From contig JAWBTQ010000002.1 of the NCBI GenBank assembly GCA_038841535.1, positions 32,001-96,000 on the forward strand: DNA of 64,000 nucleotides, written 5' to 3'. The notes beneath the pieces were generated by a model. The model saw only the letters and a list, made by a program, of their open reading frames with translations. It ran no database searches and was not told the origin of the DNA. The translations under genes and the position numbers were made by a program. This document shows, one piece after another, positions 1 through 10,329 of this stretch. How positions within the stretch are numbered: position 1 is the first letter of the stretch; each line of letters starts with the position of its first letter. The DNA comes from Sulfolobales archaeon (lineage in GTDB: Archaea; Thermoproteota; Thermoprotei_A; Sulfolobales; NBVN01).

Positions 1-160
1 GTCTTACTGCCGGAGCCTCGACTCGAGGTGCTTGCGGCTTACTTACTTTACCCATTAAAAACCGCGATGATATCCTTATAAAGAAAACTATCATACCCAG
101 TATAATGAAGGCAAGCAGGTAGGCATAGACTATAGCTAGGATGTCTAGAGCACCAGACAT
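1..160 (-). CDS. Partial (runs off window start) small membrane-anchored protein, OadG/MmdD-like Na+-pumping decarboxylase gamma/delta subunit candidate
   Basis: Not in the ORF track. ATG at 160 with GTGGGG upstream reads MSGALDILAIVYAYLLAFIILGMIVFFIRISSRFLMGKVSKPQAPRVEAPAVR: one TM helix followed by a Pro/Ala linker, the OadG architecture. Confidence 0.5.
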   Translation of the reverse strand, partial: MSGALDILAIVYAYLLAFIILGMIVFFIRISSRFLMGKVSKPQAPRVEAPAVR

Positions 161-259
161 AGGCCCCACAATATCAGGGTTAGACCCTTAAAAGCGTATC
201 CATCACCGATTACCGTACTTTACAACCGAATCCTGTTCCTTTAGAAGGAAGGAGATCGG

Positions 260-1777
260 TCAAGAGTGCTGAGATGCTAGTGCTACTCCCTCGCTTCTAG
301 GATCTGAGGCTACCTGCGCTATACGCTTAGATATATCGGTGAGAGCAATGTGAACTAAGCCCGTAGGTCCGTACCTTTCTACTTGTTCTACACTTAAGTT
401 AGTCGATGACGGTGGGCGAAGGAAGTCCTCGACAACTACTTTTTTTCTCCCTATAGGTTCTGTGAAAATAAACCTTGGTGCATCAAGTGCTCGAGACAGA
501 TCGAATCCATATAAGAATATGTTCTCATAAATTCTTGCGTGTATTTGCGGTCTCAAGTCACCCCCGGCGCACCCTATTACGTATCTTCGACTTCCGTGCT
601 CTACCCCTAGTATCGACAACGTATGAAGAGGTCTCTTCTTGGGAGCCGGACTGTTAGGCAGGCCCTCTCTTTTAGCGAACCCGTAGCCCCTGTTCTGTAC
701 TGGAAAACCGAGAGCTATTAGACCAGACCCAAACGGGTGGAAGAGGCTTTGTATGAATCCCACCGTCGATACTCCATCAGATACAGCAAGAAATGTTGTG
801 TCCATAGCTCCGTACTCCGCGCTACCTTCGATCTGCTTACTAAGTAAAAGTTGCCTGATCTTACTGTACTCTAGGTACGAAGAAACGTCGATGCCCATGA
901 AGTCTGGATCCCCTAGGAAAGCATCGCGGAAGCTGTAGGATGTTTCAACCACTTCAGACCACTTCTCAATTCTCATAGGGTCGTCGAATGCCGTAGTGCT
1001 AATGTCTAGGTCGTAGATAGCTGATAGCATGTGTAGTGTTGTAGCTCCTTGAGTATTGGGTGGTAGCTCGTAGAGCACCTTACCGTCTAGGTCTAGCTTT
1101 AGGGGCCTAGTCTCATAGCCCTCGTGGTCCATTAAGTCCTCTAAACCAATATCGACTTTCTGTTCTCGCAGTTCATCTACGAACCTCTCAGCTAGCTTAC
1201 CGTAGTAAAATTCGTCCCACCCGCGAGTAGCTATAGTCCTAAGCGTCCTAGCCATTTCCTTGCTGCTGATGTAGCTACCCGGCTGAATACCCTTAAAGAA
1301 CTTCGACCACTTATAGCCTTCAAGCTCACTTTCAACGAGCCTTGAGGCTCTCGATAGGTAGTATCCAGCGTGAAAGCCGTTGTATGCTAGCGAAATAGCT
1401 GGACGTAGGAGCCTCTCGAGAGGTAGAGTACAAAACTCCTCGCTAACGAACCCCCATAAGTAAGCTAGGCCGGGAATAGTTACAGTAAGGGGGCCTCTTT
1501 TGGGTAGTTGCCTCAGGTATTCCTCCGGTTTAAGCCCTGACGGAGACTTACCGCTAGACATGTAGGCCATAACATCGCTATCTATAAAGGCCAGCATGAA
1601 ACCGTCTCCACCTAGCCCACCGGTTTGGGGAAGTACTACGGATAGAACAGCACTAGCGGCTATGGCTGCGTCAAAAGCGTTTCCACCTTCCTCTAAGATA
1701 TCTAAAGCAGCTTTTGTAGCAAGATAGGAGTCTGAGGAAGCTCCCTTAGTACCGAACGCAGACTTAACCACGACCAC
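260..1777 (-). CDS. ggt: Gamma-glutamyltransferase family protein
   Basis: GGNAFDAAIAA, PQTGGLGGDGF, autoprocessing Thr in MDTTF, PAPKKRPLHTLS, C-terminal SDPR. Confidence 0.9.
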   Translation of the reverse strand: MVVVKSAFGTKGASSDSYLATKAALDILEEGGNAFDAAIAASAVLSVVLPQTGGLGGDGFMLAFIDSDVMAYMSSGKSPSGLKPEEYLRQLPKRGPLTVTIPGLAYLWGFVSEEFCTLPLERLLRPAISLAYNGFHAGYYLSRASRLVESELEGYKWSKFFKGIQPGSYISSKEMARTLRTIATRGWDEFYYGKLAERFVDELREQKVDIGLEDLMDHEGYETRPLKLDLDGKVLYELPPNTQGATTLHMLSAIYDLDISTTAFDDPMRIEKWSEVVETSYSFRDAFLGDPDFMGIDVSSYLEYSKIRQLLLSKQIEGSAEYGAMDTTFLAVSDGVSTVGFIQSLFHPFGSGLIALGFPVQNRGYGFAKREGLPNSPAPKKRPLHTLSILGVEHGSRRYVIGCAGGDLRPQIHARIYENIFLYGFDLSRALDAPRFIFTEPIGRKKVVVEDFLRPPSSTNLSVEQVERYGPTGLVHIALTDISKRIAQVASDPRSEGVALASQHS

Positions 1778-1879
1778 TCAAACACACCAGTCAACCCTAT
1801 TTCGGTAACAATATAACTGCGACAATACTAATTCAGGTTCCTCGGTATTGATAGCTACAGAATGATAGCTAAGGTCTAC

Positions 1880-2100
1880 CCGCTTTCCTGCTATAAGGAG
1901 TAAAAAGTCTTCACATCGTCAGCACCCACAACAAGCAGAAAGTCTTTCGTAAGCTAGAGACGGGGCAAGGGAATACTCCAACATCGACGTCAACTTCTAG
2001 CAACTTTAGCAGCGGGCTTTTCTTAATTACGGCATTGTTGAATTAAACGAATGAGTGTCGGAAGAGGCGCAGTAGTGAACTCTATACTACGCTACGCTTC
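1880..2100 (+). pseudogene. Decayed tnpB fragment (RuvC-I region)
   Basis: ATCGACGTCAACTTC (1983-1997) = I-D-V-N-F, in a frameshifted context resembling the 'FRK..E..P.GILTIDVNFDNITLA' segment of crenarchaeal TnpB. Multiple stops. Confidence 0.45.
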
Positions 2101-2154
2101 ACTACTTTAGATTGATTTATCTATTCTTTTATGTAATATCGGAGGTGAACTTAG

Positions 2155-3204
2155 GTTAGCAAGGAGAAGAGAGTCTGGGTTGATGTGTTGACATCTAAGC
2201 AGGGGGTACTGCTTGGAACTCTCGCTAAAGAACTAATAAGCAGAGGCTTCGAAGTATTGGTGACCTGCCGAGAGTACGAATACGCGTGCAAGGTTTTAAA
2301 CGCTCTGCGTGTTCCATGCTTATCAGTAGGTAGATACTCGGAGGGTGGACCTGCTGCGAAAGTATATGAAGATGGACTGAGGGTCTCAGCACTTGCGGGC
2401 ATAGTTAGAGACTTCTCGCCCGAGTACCTCGTAGCTTACCCTAACCCCTCCGCTGCTAGAGTAGCTTTCGGAGTGGGTATAAAGTACATAGCACTAACTG
2501 ACTCACCTCACGCAATTATTCCAAGTAGGCTCTCTCTGCCTCTAGCGGATTTCGTAGTCTTTTCTGAGTGCATACCAGTAGATGAAGTTGAATCCTTCGT
2601 TAGCGAGAAGTTTACTAAACTTGTCACATACCGTGGAGTTGATGAAGTGGGCTGGATTAAGAGGTTAGAGCCTAAAGAAGAGGATGTTAAGCTTCTCGGA
2701 CTGAAGCCATGGGAATATGTCGTCTTTAGACCTGCTGAGGAAATGGCTACGTACTACAGGGGTTTAAGCGTTTTACCAGCACGTGAAGTTCTTCAAGTAA
2801 TTGCTAGGCTAGGTTACGACATCGTGCTCCTTCCACGATACTCTAAGCACAGAGAGCTGGAGAAAGAGGGAGTGATCCTGCTTGAGGAAGGGTTTAGTGG
2901 TCCCTCACTGACTTATTTCGCGAAATTAGTTGTTACAGGTGGGGCCTCAATAGCTCGGGAAGCAGCCCTCCTTGGAACACCATCTATAACGTATACGCCA
3001 CTCGAGCTATACGTTAACTCATGTTTAGAGTCCTGGGGGTTTCCACTGAGGAGGGTGAAGTCCTTGCTAGAGCTGGAGACAGTGTCTAGAGAACTAGTAG
3101 AAAGATCTATACAGAGCGATAAAGAGCTTTATGTTGATAGAGCTAAATCTCTTGAAGACCCACTTACCGTAGTCGAGGGAATACTTTCGGGTGGTGGCTT
3201 CTGA
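2155..3204 (+). CDS. DUF354 family protein (GT-B fold, glycosyltransferase-like)
   Basis: 339-aa ORF from 2185. The family N-terminal motif KRVWVDVLTSKQ extends in frame upstream to GTT at 2155. GGASIAREAALLGTP motif near the C-terminus. Confidence 0.8.
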   Translation, partial: VSKEKRVWVDVLTSKQGVLLGTLAKELISRGFEVLVTCREYEYACKVLNALRVPCLSVGRYSEGGPAAKVYEDGLRVSALAGIVRDFSPEYLVAYPNPSAARVAFGVGIKYIALTDSPHAIIPSRLSLPLADFVVFSECIPVDEVESFVSEKFTKLVTYRGVDEVGWIKRLEPKEEDVKLLGLKPWEYVVFRPAEEMATYYRGLSVLPAREVLQVIARLGYDIVLLPRYSKHRELEKEGVILLEEGFSGPSLTYFAKLVVTGGASIAREAALLGTPSITYTPLELYVNSCLESWGFPLRRVKSLLELETVSRELVERSIQSDKELYVDRAKSLEDPLTVVEGILSGGGF

Positions 3205-3232
3205 GGAGAGACTGTAGAACTTAGTTAGGTCT

Positions 3233-4090
3233 TTGGGGGCATCTGGCATGAAGGTTTATGTCACTGTTTGGTTTAAGGACTTCAGGAGGAGAGACTTAGC
3301 GAGTGAATTAGTTGGGGGAGGTTTCGACGGGTTCGAGTTGAGTCTAGATTACCCTATTTGTGGCAGAGTGAAGCTGGATGAAATGCCTCAAATAAGAGAT
3401 CTAATGAAGTCGGGGCTTGAAGCAGGTGTGCACCTACCTTGGCGCGAGATATATCTGGCATCACCAGTCGACGAAGTAAGAAAGACTTCTTTAAATATCG
3501 TGCTCAAATGTTTTAAGGAATCTCGTGTTTTAGAGCCAAAGTACGCAGTTTTACACGTAGTTACAGACCAAGCAGTATGCTCTGACGGCATTGAAGAGTG
3601 TATTACAGCGTCCACGAAATCTATAGAGGTACTTGCGGAAGTAGCTGACGAACTCGGTGTACCTCTCTATGTTGAGACCACACGGAACTTCTGCTGTGGA
3701 GGACTTGAGCAAGCTGTTAGCTACATAGAGCATAAAGTGGGCCTCTGCTTCGATATACCACACGCTATTGAGAGGTACAGCAGGCTGCGTAAAACTCCAC
3801 TGAGCCTTAGAGACATCCTCTGGGATGCACCACCTAGGTCTCTAAAAGCTATAGGGTGCGTCCACCTTCATGGGTATGTTTTGAGTGGATACTATGTTAT
3901 CGAATCGCACGTAGAGCCCAGTAAGGAGCTTTTAGAGGAGTACGTAGAAGTTATACGTAATGGTGTGATAAGACCTAAATATACTGTTCTAGAGTCTTTT
4001 TACTCTGCGGAGTCGAGAAAGTTTGTGAGGTTTGACAAGCTGAGGTGGTGTGTTGACGAGCTCAAGAAGAACCGTGATTGGGATAGATGA
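3233..4090 (+). CDS. Sugar phosphate isomerase/epimerase (AP endonuclease family 2) TIM-barrel protein; likely start ATG 3248
   Basis: GFDGFEL, GVHLPW, VLH, YVET, CFDIPH, VHLHG metal-binding pattern. Confidence 0.75.
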   Translation: MGASGMKVYVTVWFKDFRRRDLASELVGGGFDGFELSLDYPICGRVKLDEMPQIRDLMKSGLEAGVHLPWREIYLASPVDEVRKTSLNIVLKCFKESRVLEPKYAVLHVVTDQAVCSDGIEECITASTKSIEVLAEVADELGVPLYVETTRNFCCGGLEQAVSYIEHKVGLCFDIPHAIERYSRLRKTPLSLRDILWDAPPRSLKAIGCVHLHGYVLSGYYVIESHVEPSKELLEEYVEVIRNGVIRPKYTVLESFYSAESRKFVRFDKLRWCVDELKKNRDWDR

Positions 4091-4727
4091 GGCAGGTAGG
4101 GGCTCGCTCGTTGGTGACATGTTTGTTGCCGGGGTCGCCTTAAGCGATGAGCAAAGTAAGGTGCTGTTGGATGCTGGTATAAGAGATAGTAAGGCTTTAA
4201 GTAGGTCAACGAGGTACAGGCTCCTACTCGACATAATAAGGTGCTCGGACTTGATAGTGATTAGCCGCGTTTTACCTGAGGACATAGATAAAGAAAATAT
4301 TAATGACTTGGAGGTAAGAGCTATAGAGAGAATACTGAAACATGCTAGGTCTAGGGGAGTGGATCCCACAAAAGTAGTAGTAGACGAAATAGCCGGGCGG
4401 AGGGTAGAGGTCGAGACAGCTGTCAGGGACCTCTTTCCGAGCGCTGAGGTTATCATGAGGCCGAAGGCTGATAAGGACTTCGTGCAAGTATCGGCAGCCT
4501 CTATTGTAGCGAAATGCCTTAGAGATGGACTCATCAAGGTCTTGAGCTCTGTACATGGAGAAATTGGGAGCGGGTATCCTTCAGATCCAAGGACGATTAA
4601 ATGGTTGAAGCATGTAAAGGAGTCTGGAAGTACTCCTTGCTGTATTAGAAAATCTTGGAAAACTCTGCGGAGAGTTCAATTCCGAACCCTGGACATGTAT
4701 GCGAAGAGTAGTGAGAAAGGCGGTTAA
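4050..4727 (+). CDS. rnhB: Ribonuclease HII
   Basis: IGIDEAGRG, RDSK, KAD...VSAASIVAK, GSGYPSDP, IRKSW. Confidence 0.95.
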   Translation: MLTSSRRTVIGIDEAGRGSLVGDMFVAGVALSDEQSKVLLDAGIRDSKALSRSTRYRLLLDIIRCSDLIVISRVLPEDIDKENINDLEVRAIERILKHARSRGVDPTKVVVDEIAGRRVEVETAVRDLFPSAEVIMRPKADKDFVQVSAASIVAKCLRDGLIKVLSSVHGEIGSGYPSDPRTIKWLKHVKESGSTPCCIRKSWKTLRRVQFRTLDMYAKSSEKGG

Positions 4728-4790
4728 GTTAAGGTCCCCTACCATAATTCTTAATACTCATTCCTGCGATATTCTACTGGCATTAGTGAG

Positions 4791-5660
4791 TTGACCCTGA
4801 GAAGTTACGCTAGAAAGATGTGTGAGTCTGAGTACGTAGCTTATAGAACTTACATGTACGTTAGTAAGTATGTCGTGAGTGGAAAGCTGAAATCTGCGCT
4901 CGAGAAAGCTCTAAGCGACGAGTTCAGGCACTACAGGTTCTGGAGTGAGCTGTGCGGCGACTGCAGTGGTATAACAAGTTCGATAAAAGTTCTAGCTCTC
5001 TTCTTATTCTCGATTCTCTTTGGGGTCACAATACTGATTAAGGTTTTAGAGCGCGCTGAAGGAGATACGAGTAAGCTGTATGAAAGGTTATCTAAAGAAA
5101 ACCCCGAGTTCTCAGATGTCTTAAAAGCTATGGCTGAAGACGAAGACAGACACGAGAGTGAGTTTGCCAGTAGCATTGATGAAGCAAGGATTAAGTATCT
5201 GAGCTCGATAACTTTAGGTGTATCTGACGCGATAATCGAGCTTACGGGAGTCTATACAGGGGCTTTAGGTATGCTTGAATCTACGAAAACAGCCGGAACC
5301 ATAGGCCTCCTAGCAGGTATATCGGCCTCAGCTTCGATGGCTGCCGCATCTTACGCTCAAGCAAAGCACGAGGTATGGAAAAAGCCGTACTTAGCGGCGA
5401 TATACACAGGTACATCGTACTTAGCGGTAGTATCTCTGCTCGCATTACCTTACTTCCTCACTGAATCTCTATTAACGGCATTCGCTTTAATGGTCGCTAT
5501 AGCTAACATAGTCATAGCGTACATCTCGGTGTATGGTGCAGTAATACTTAGCAAAAGCTTCTTGAGAGAGTTCTTCTCTAATGTAGCACTCCTACTAGGT
5601 ATTTCAACAGCTCTCTATGCCTTGGGTCGAGCTTTAGGCACAGCCATTCTCGGACCATAG
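4791..5660 (+). CDS. Rubrerythrin-like domain fused to VIT1/CCC1 family metal transporter
   Basis: Two ExxH pairs (DEFRH, DEDRH) followed by LGVSDAIIELTG and GISASASMAAASY with TM helices. Confidence 0.85.
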   Translation: MTLRSYARKMCESEYVAYRTYMYVSKYVVSGKLKSALEKALSDEFRHYRFWSELCGDCSGITSSIKVLALFLFSILFGVTILIKVLERAEGDTSKLYERLSKENPEFSDVLKAMAEDEDRHESEFASSIDEARIKYLSSITLGVSDAIIELTGVYTGALGMLESTKTAGTIGLLAGISASASMAAASYAQAKHEVWKKPYLAAIYTGTSYLAVVSLLALPYFLTESLLTAFALMVAIANIVIAYISVYGAVILSKSFLREFFSNVALLLGISTALYALGRALGTAILGP

Positions 5661-5743
5661 AGCTATAGCGGCTAACTATACTCATGTTCTACTTTAAATA
5701 GTGCGAAGAAATTCATCATTTCTCAAGAAGTTATACATCGAAG

Positions 5744-6604
5744 TCACTTTCTAGAAAACCTGAGTCTGGGGTTGACTCTTTCTTCAATAGCTATTCCGAG
5801 GAGCGTGAACCCTGCTCCTAATAATGCTATTCCTAGCCCCGGCACGAAGACCCACAACCATAGCCCCTGGTGGAATGCGTGACCTACTTGAGCCCTCCTC
5901 AATATCTGTCCCCAGCTCTTTACTGTAGGATCCCCAAGGCCCAGGAAGCTTAGACCAGCTTCTGTCAGGATGGCTGATGTAGCACTCAACACTATGTTTG
6001 CTATTATTAGTGGAACTACGTGTGGAAGAATGTGTCTAATCATTATTCTAAAGCCTCCCGCACCAACAGCTTTAGCGGCTTCAACGTAAGGCCTCTCTCT
6101 GAGGCTGAGCACTTGAGCCCTTACCATTCTCGCAAACCCGGACCACCCAAAGAATGCGAGTACTAAGATGATATTGTTTAAACTAGGTCCCAAGTAAGCG
6201 GCTAGGATTATTATTAGTGGTAGAGATGGGAGGGCTAGCATGACGTCGATAGCTCCAGTAATGACCTCATCTGCCACACCCCCCAAATAGCCAGCGATGA
6301 GCCCAAGCATGGTGCCTAGAATAGAAGCTATGAATGGAGCAGTGAGACCCACAAATAGGCTGACTCTAGCACCATAGATAAACTCGCTGAATATGTCTTG
6401 TCCTATATCGTTTGTTCCCAGTAGGAATCTTTCGTTAGGTGGGGTGTAGGGGGGAGCTACTAACTCGTATGGGTTGTAAGGGGCTAGACCATCGGCAAAC
6501 ACCGCAACCAACGCGAAAGCAAGTATTATAGATAATCCAACGAGTCCGAACTTGTTTCCCACTATTGCTATATACATTTCTTTAAACACGGAAGCCATCA
6601 TCAC
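5744..6604 (-). CDS. dppC: Peptide/nickel ABC transporter permease (DppC-like)
   Basis: LLGTNDIGQD, YVEAAKAVGA EAA loop, EAGLSFLGLG. Confidence 0.9.
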   Translation of the reverse strand: MMMASVFKEMYIAIVGNKFGLVGLSIILAFALVAVFADGLAPYNPYELVAPPYTPPNERFLLGTNDIGQDIFSEFIYGARVSLFVGLTAPFIASILGTMLGLIAGYLGGVADEVITGAIDVMLALPSLPLIIILAAYLGPSLNNIILVLAFFGWSGFARMVRAQVLSLRERPYVEAAKAVGAGGFRIMIRHILPHVVPLIIANIVLSATSAILTEAGLSFLGLGDPTVKSWGQILRRAQVGHAFHQGLWLWVFVPGLGIALLGAGFTLLGIAIEERVNPRLRFSRK

Positions 6605-7581
6605 CCCCTCCTTACGTATCTTATTCTAGGGTCTACTACGGCGTAAAGCATGTCGGCAATGAAGTTTGCCACTATGACGGTGATCGCTAGCATGAAGAAC
6701 GCAGCGTTGAGTACTGGATAGTCCTTGTATATTATTGACTCATATATGAGGTATCCGACACCTGGATATGAAAACACAGTCTCGGTTATAACGGCACCTC
6801 CAACTATGTGACCAAGTCTTATTGCGAGCATAGTTAACGGTGGGAGAAGAGCGTTTCTCATAGCGTGCCTCATCACGACGCTCTCTGGGAGACCCTTAGC
6901 CTTAGCAACAAATATGAAGTCCTCCTCCAAAACGTCGACCATGGAGTTCCTGGTTACTAGGGTGTATGAGGCGTAGGCTGTCAGAGTAACAGCGACTACC
7001 GGGAGAGTTAAGTGCCAGATTACATCGGCAACATACTCAAGGAAGTTAGTGTGTGTTATGCCAGGAGTTATTGCATGCGCTACCGGGAAGATCCGAAGGA
7101 TGTATCCGAAAGCGTACTGCATCATAAGGGCCAGCCAGTAGTAGGGGATGGCATATACTACGATAGCCGATAGGGTGACCGAGATGTCTACCTTAGTACC
7201 TCTTCTCCATCCTGCTATAATCCCCATCACAATGCCAAAGATAGATACGGTCATAGAAGTAATACCTTGGAGTAGCAAAGTCCACGGGAGTCTCTCCATG
7301 ACTAACTCATATACTGCCATCGGGTAATACTTGTAGCTGTAGCCCCACTGACCGGTAAAAAGGCTCTCCAGGTAAGCAAAGAACTGCTCGTGAAGAGGTC
7401 GGTCTAATTTCCATAAACTCCTGAGAACTCTAACAGTATCTGATGGAAGGTTGTACTCGTTTGCTAAGATAGAAGCCGGGTCTCCCGGCATAGCTCTGGG
7501 CAGCAGGAAATTCAGTAAAACGATAATGAAGAAAACAACCAACACTCTAAGGAGTCTGCTAAGTAAAAAATACCGTAGCAT
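6601..7581 (-). CDS. dppB: Peptide/nickel ABC transporter permease (DppB-like)
   Basis: MPGDPA, AKAKGL, ETVFSYPGVG, DPRIR. Confidence 0.9.
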   Translation of the reverse strand: MLRYFLLSRLLRVLVVFFIIVLLNFLLPRAMPGDPASILANEYNLPSDTVRVLRSLWKLDRPLHEQFFAYLESLFTGQWGYSYKYYPMAVYELVMERLPWTLLLQGITSMTVSIFGIVMGIIAGWRRGTKVDISVTLSAIVVYAIPYYWLALMMQYAFGYILRIFPVAHAITPGITHTNFLEYVADVIWHLTLPVVAVTLTAYASYTLVTRNSMVDVLEEDFIFVAKAKGLPESVVMRHAMRNALLPPLTMLAIRLGHIVGGAVITETVFSYPGVGYLIYESIIYKDYPVLNAAFFMLAITVIVANFIADMLYAVVDPRIRYVRRG

Positions 7582-7590
7582 TCTCGAACC

Positions 7591-9507
7591 CTACCGTCTT
7601 CTAGTAACTAAGAATGCGATGGCACCTATGAATACTACCAGTAGTATGGCTACTAGCACTAATGTTTCCGTTGGTATACCTGCTATTTGCGGAGGAGTCC
7701 CTGTTACGGTTAATGTTCCAACTCGAACCTCGGTCTGAGTCATAATTACCGTGGTTCCCCCAACGACTTGCGTAATCTCCCTGACCTGGGTTACAGGTAT
7801 CGTGGTTATGACCGGTACTTGGGTTATGATAGTTACAACTTCAGGTCTCCTAGGTGATAGATTGAGTACGGAAATCTTCGAGGTAGGGCCTTCGGACTCC
7901 ACCCACCCGACGAATCTCTCGGTTCTGTAGGCTACAAGAGCAGTCTTCATGTAGATCGTGAGAGCGGGTATGTCTCTCGCTACTACCTCCTGTATTTTCC
8001 ATATTATCTCACGCCTTCCCTCCGGGCTTAAAGTTCTTCTCTGCAGCTCTAGCAGGATATCGAGCTCCGGGTTCCTGTATCTGAACCAGTTTCTTCCAGC
8101 GTATGTTCCAAGAGGATATGCTTGCGAGCTGTGGAACCTCTCGTATAGGTAGTAATCTAGGTCTGTTGTTATAGACATTCCGATACCCATAAAGCCAATG
8201 TCGAAGTCTCCAACACCCTCTCTCTGATCTACGGTGCCGAGAGCTTGGGCCTCGATGGAGGCATCAATACCTATCCTCTTAAGCCACCCTGCGACAAGCT
8301 CCGCAGACCTTTCGAATTCAGCGAGGCCGGATATCGTGAGAATCTTGAACTTAAGTATTGTACCGTTAGGGGTCTCCCTTATGCCGTCTCCATCCCTATC
8401 TATAAATCCTAGTTTGTCTAGTATTTCTGCTGCCTTAGTAAAGTTCTGCTTCCTGTACTTAACATCTGGGTTGTACCAAGTACCGAAGAGTGGTTGTACC
8501 CACCCATCGGCAGCCGGGTATCCGTACCCAAGCATGACTATCCTAACTATAGCTTCCTTATCTATAGCGTACGCTAAGGCCTCTCTAAACTCTCTAATGG
8601 AGAAGGGGTATCTGTCGTTATTGAAACCTATGAATCTCAGCGAGGCTGTGTACGTTAGCTCCACGATCCTAATGTTCGGGTCTTTTAGGAGAACTGGAAC
8701 TAGCTCTGGAGCTACAGTTGTAGCGGTTATCGCGTCGATGTTACCAGCTTGAAGGTCTAGCATCAGTGCATCAGTACTCTTGTATAGTACTACAACTAAT
8801 CTGTCGACCTTCGGCCTCCCTCTGTAGTAGTTTTCGTTAGCTACAAGCTCTATAGAGACTCCAGGTGTGTACTTCACAAATCTAAATGGGCCACTGCCGA
8901 CGGGGTTCTCCATGTTCTTAAACGTAGTCGGATCTACCTCGGACCAGACGTGTTTGGGAAGGGGTGGGATCAGAGCTCCTATGTAGAATAGTGCCGGTGC
9001 GTAGGGCTCTTTTAGCTTGAACTCTACCGTTCTGTCGTCTACGGCCTTAACGTACTCAATGTACTTTCGAAGACCCCACTTATCTAGCTTATCCGAGTAG
9101 TTCGATGCCACGATTAGGTTGAACGTAAACTCGACGTCTCCCGCTGTAACCGGTTTACCGTCGTGCCAGTAAGCACCAGACCTGAGCTTGAATCTCAACA
9201 GTAGCTTCTCAGAGTCGACAGAGTAGGACTCCGCCAGCCACGGAATATAGGTTCCATTAGCCGATATGTATACCAGGGTATCATAGAGTATTCCCCTGAT
9301 GTAGCCAGCAGCAGCGAATAACCCTATTAGGGGGTTGAAGTTGTCAATTTGGTCAGGCATACCTAACTTAAGGACGACTTCCTGAGCTATGGAGGTGCTC
9401 GTGTAAGGACCGAGTAGCCCCAGCAACATCATTAATACAGTAGCTACTATGAAGGCTCTGTCTAAGTTCTTCATGATATAGTACACCAAATACTGCACGC
9501 GCATCAT
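7591..9507 (-). CDS. dppA: Peptide ABC transporter substrate-binding protein (family 5) with Thr-rich linker and C-terminal membrane anchor
   Basis: WHDGKPVTAGDVEFT, PVGSGPF, DRDGDGIRE; Thr/Val-rich stalk, TM helix and RRR tail. Confidence 0.9.
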   Translation of the reverse strand: MMRVQYLVYYIMKNLDRAFIVATVLMMLLGLLGPYTSTSIAQEVVLKLGMPDQIDNFNPLIGLFAAAGYIRGILYDTLVYISANGTYIPWLAESYSVDSEKLLLRFKLRSGAYWHDGKPVTAGDVEFTFNLIVASNYSDKLDKWGLRKYIEYVKAVDDRTVEFKLKEPYAPALFYIGALIPPLPKHVWSEVDPTTFKNMENPVGSGPFRFVKYTPGVSIELVANENYYRGRPKVDRLVVVLYKSTDALMLDLQAGNIDAITATTVAPELVPVLLKDPNIRIVELTYTASLRFIGFNNDRYPFSIREFREALAYAIDKEAIVRIVMLGYGYPAADGWVQPLFGTWYNPDVKYRKQNFTKAAEILDKLGFIDRDGDGIRETPNGTILKFKILTISGLAEFERSAELVAGWLKRIGIDASIEAQALGTVDQREGVGDFDIGFMGIGMSITTDLDYYLYERFHSSQAYPLGTYAGRNWFRYRNPELDILLELQRRTLSPEGRREIIWKIQEVVARDIPALTIYMKTALVAYRTERFVGWVESEGPTSKISVLNLSPRRPEVVTIITQVPVITTIPVTQVREITQVVGGTTVIMTQTEVRVGTLTVTGTPPQIAGIPTETLVLVAILLVVFIGAIAFLVTRRR

Positions 9508-9560
9508 AGGTAAAATAGCACTAGGGTAAGTAACTTTCTCTCTTTTCTTGCGCAGAGGAG

Positions 9561-9577
9561 GCGGAGCTTAACTCCGC
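9561..9577. promoter_or_regulatory. Inverted repeat between divergent dppA and hsp20
   Basis: GCGGAG-CTTAA-CTCCGC in the shared promoter region. Confidence 0.3.
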
Positions 9578-9652
9578 ATCTTAAGTTAGCTCGGTTGGGA
9601 TGGTGAATAAGAAGACTTATTAGCTTCATCATCATTAAATATAGGGCTTTAA

Positions 9653-10198
9653 GTGAGTAAGCGAAGAAAAGAGGAGGAAGACCCGTTCGAAAGGATTAAC
9701 AAGCTCTTTCGAGAGATGTTCGAAGAGTTCGACGAAGAAGTCAAGAGACTGATGAGAGAAATGGAGAGAGCTCATGAGTTCGGTCTAGAGCATTACAGGT
9801 CTATGGTCGGAAAGCCTTATGTATGGGGCTTTGAGATAACTATAGGACCGGACGGAGTTCCTAAGATCAAGGAGTTCGGAAATATAAGGAGGATAGGTAG
9901 AGCTCCCAAGGTGTCCGAGGAAGTAGAGCCCATAATTGACGTAATCGACGAGGAAGACAAGGTTAGGGTCGTAGCAGAGCTCCCTGGAGTAGAGAAGGAC
10001 AAGATAAGCCTGAAGACTTCTGGGATGAAGCTGATAATTAAGGCAAGCAATCACAAGAAGTACTATAAAGAAGTGGAGCTCCCAGCAGAAGTAGATATTT
10101 CCACTGCAAGGGCTACGTACCGAAACGGTGTACTCGAAGTAGAGCTAAAGAAGAGGAAACACGCGGAGAAAGAAGAAAGAGAGATCAAGGTAGAGTAG
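9653..10198 (+). CDS. hsp20: Archaeal small heat-shock protein Hsp20
   Basis: PYVWGFEITIGPDG.PKIKEFGN, VVAELPGVEK, ATYRNGVLEV, C-terminal IKVE. Confidence 0.95.
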   Translation: MSKRRKEEEDPFERINKLFREMFEEFDEEVKRLMREMERAHEFGLEHYRSMVGKPYVWGFEITIGPDGVPKIKEFGNIRRIGRAPKVSEEVEPIIDVIDEEDKVRVVAELPGVEKDKISLKTSGMKLIIKASNHKKYYKEVELPAEVDISTARATYRNGVLEVELKKRKHAEKEEREIKVE

Positions 10199-10329
10199 CG
10201 TCGCGGTTACGCAGCTAGAGTGCCTAACCACAGGTTTTCGTAGTTCATGGACCTTGCTTCGTGCTTCAGAACAGTTTTGAGTAACTTAGTCCGCTAAGGT
10301 TATTAGGACTTATATCTAGGGAGTTTCAT

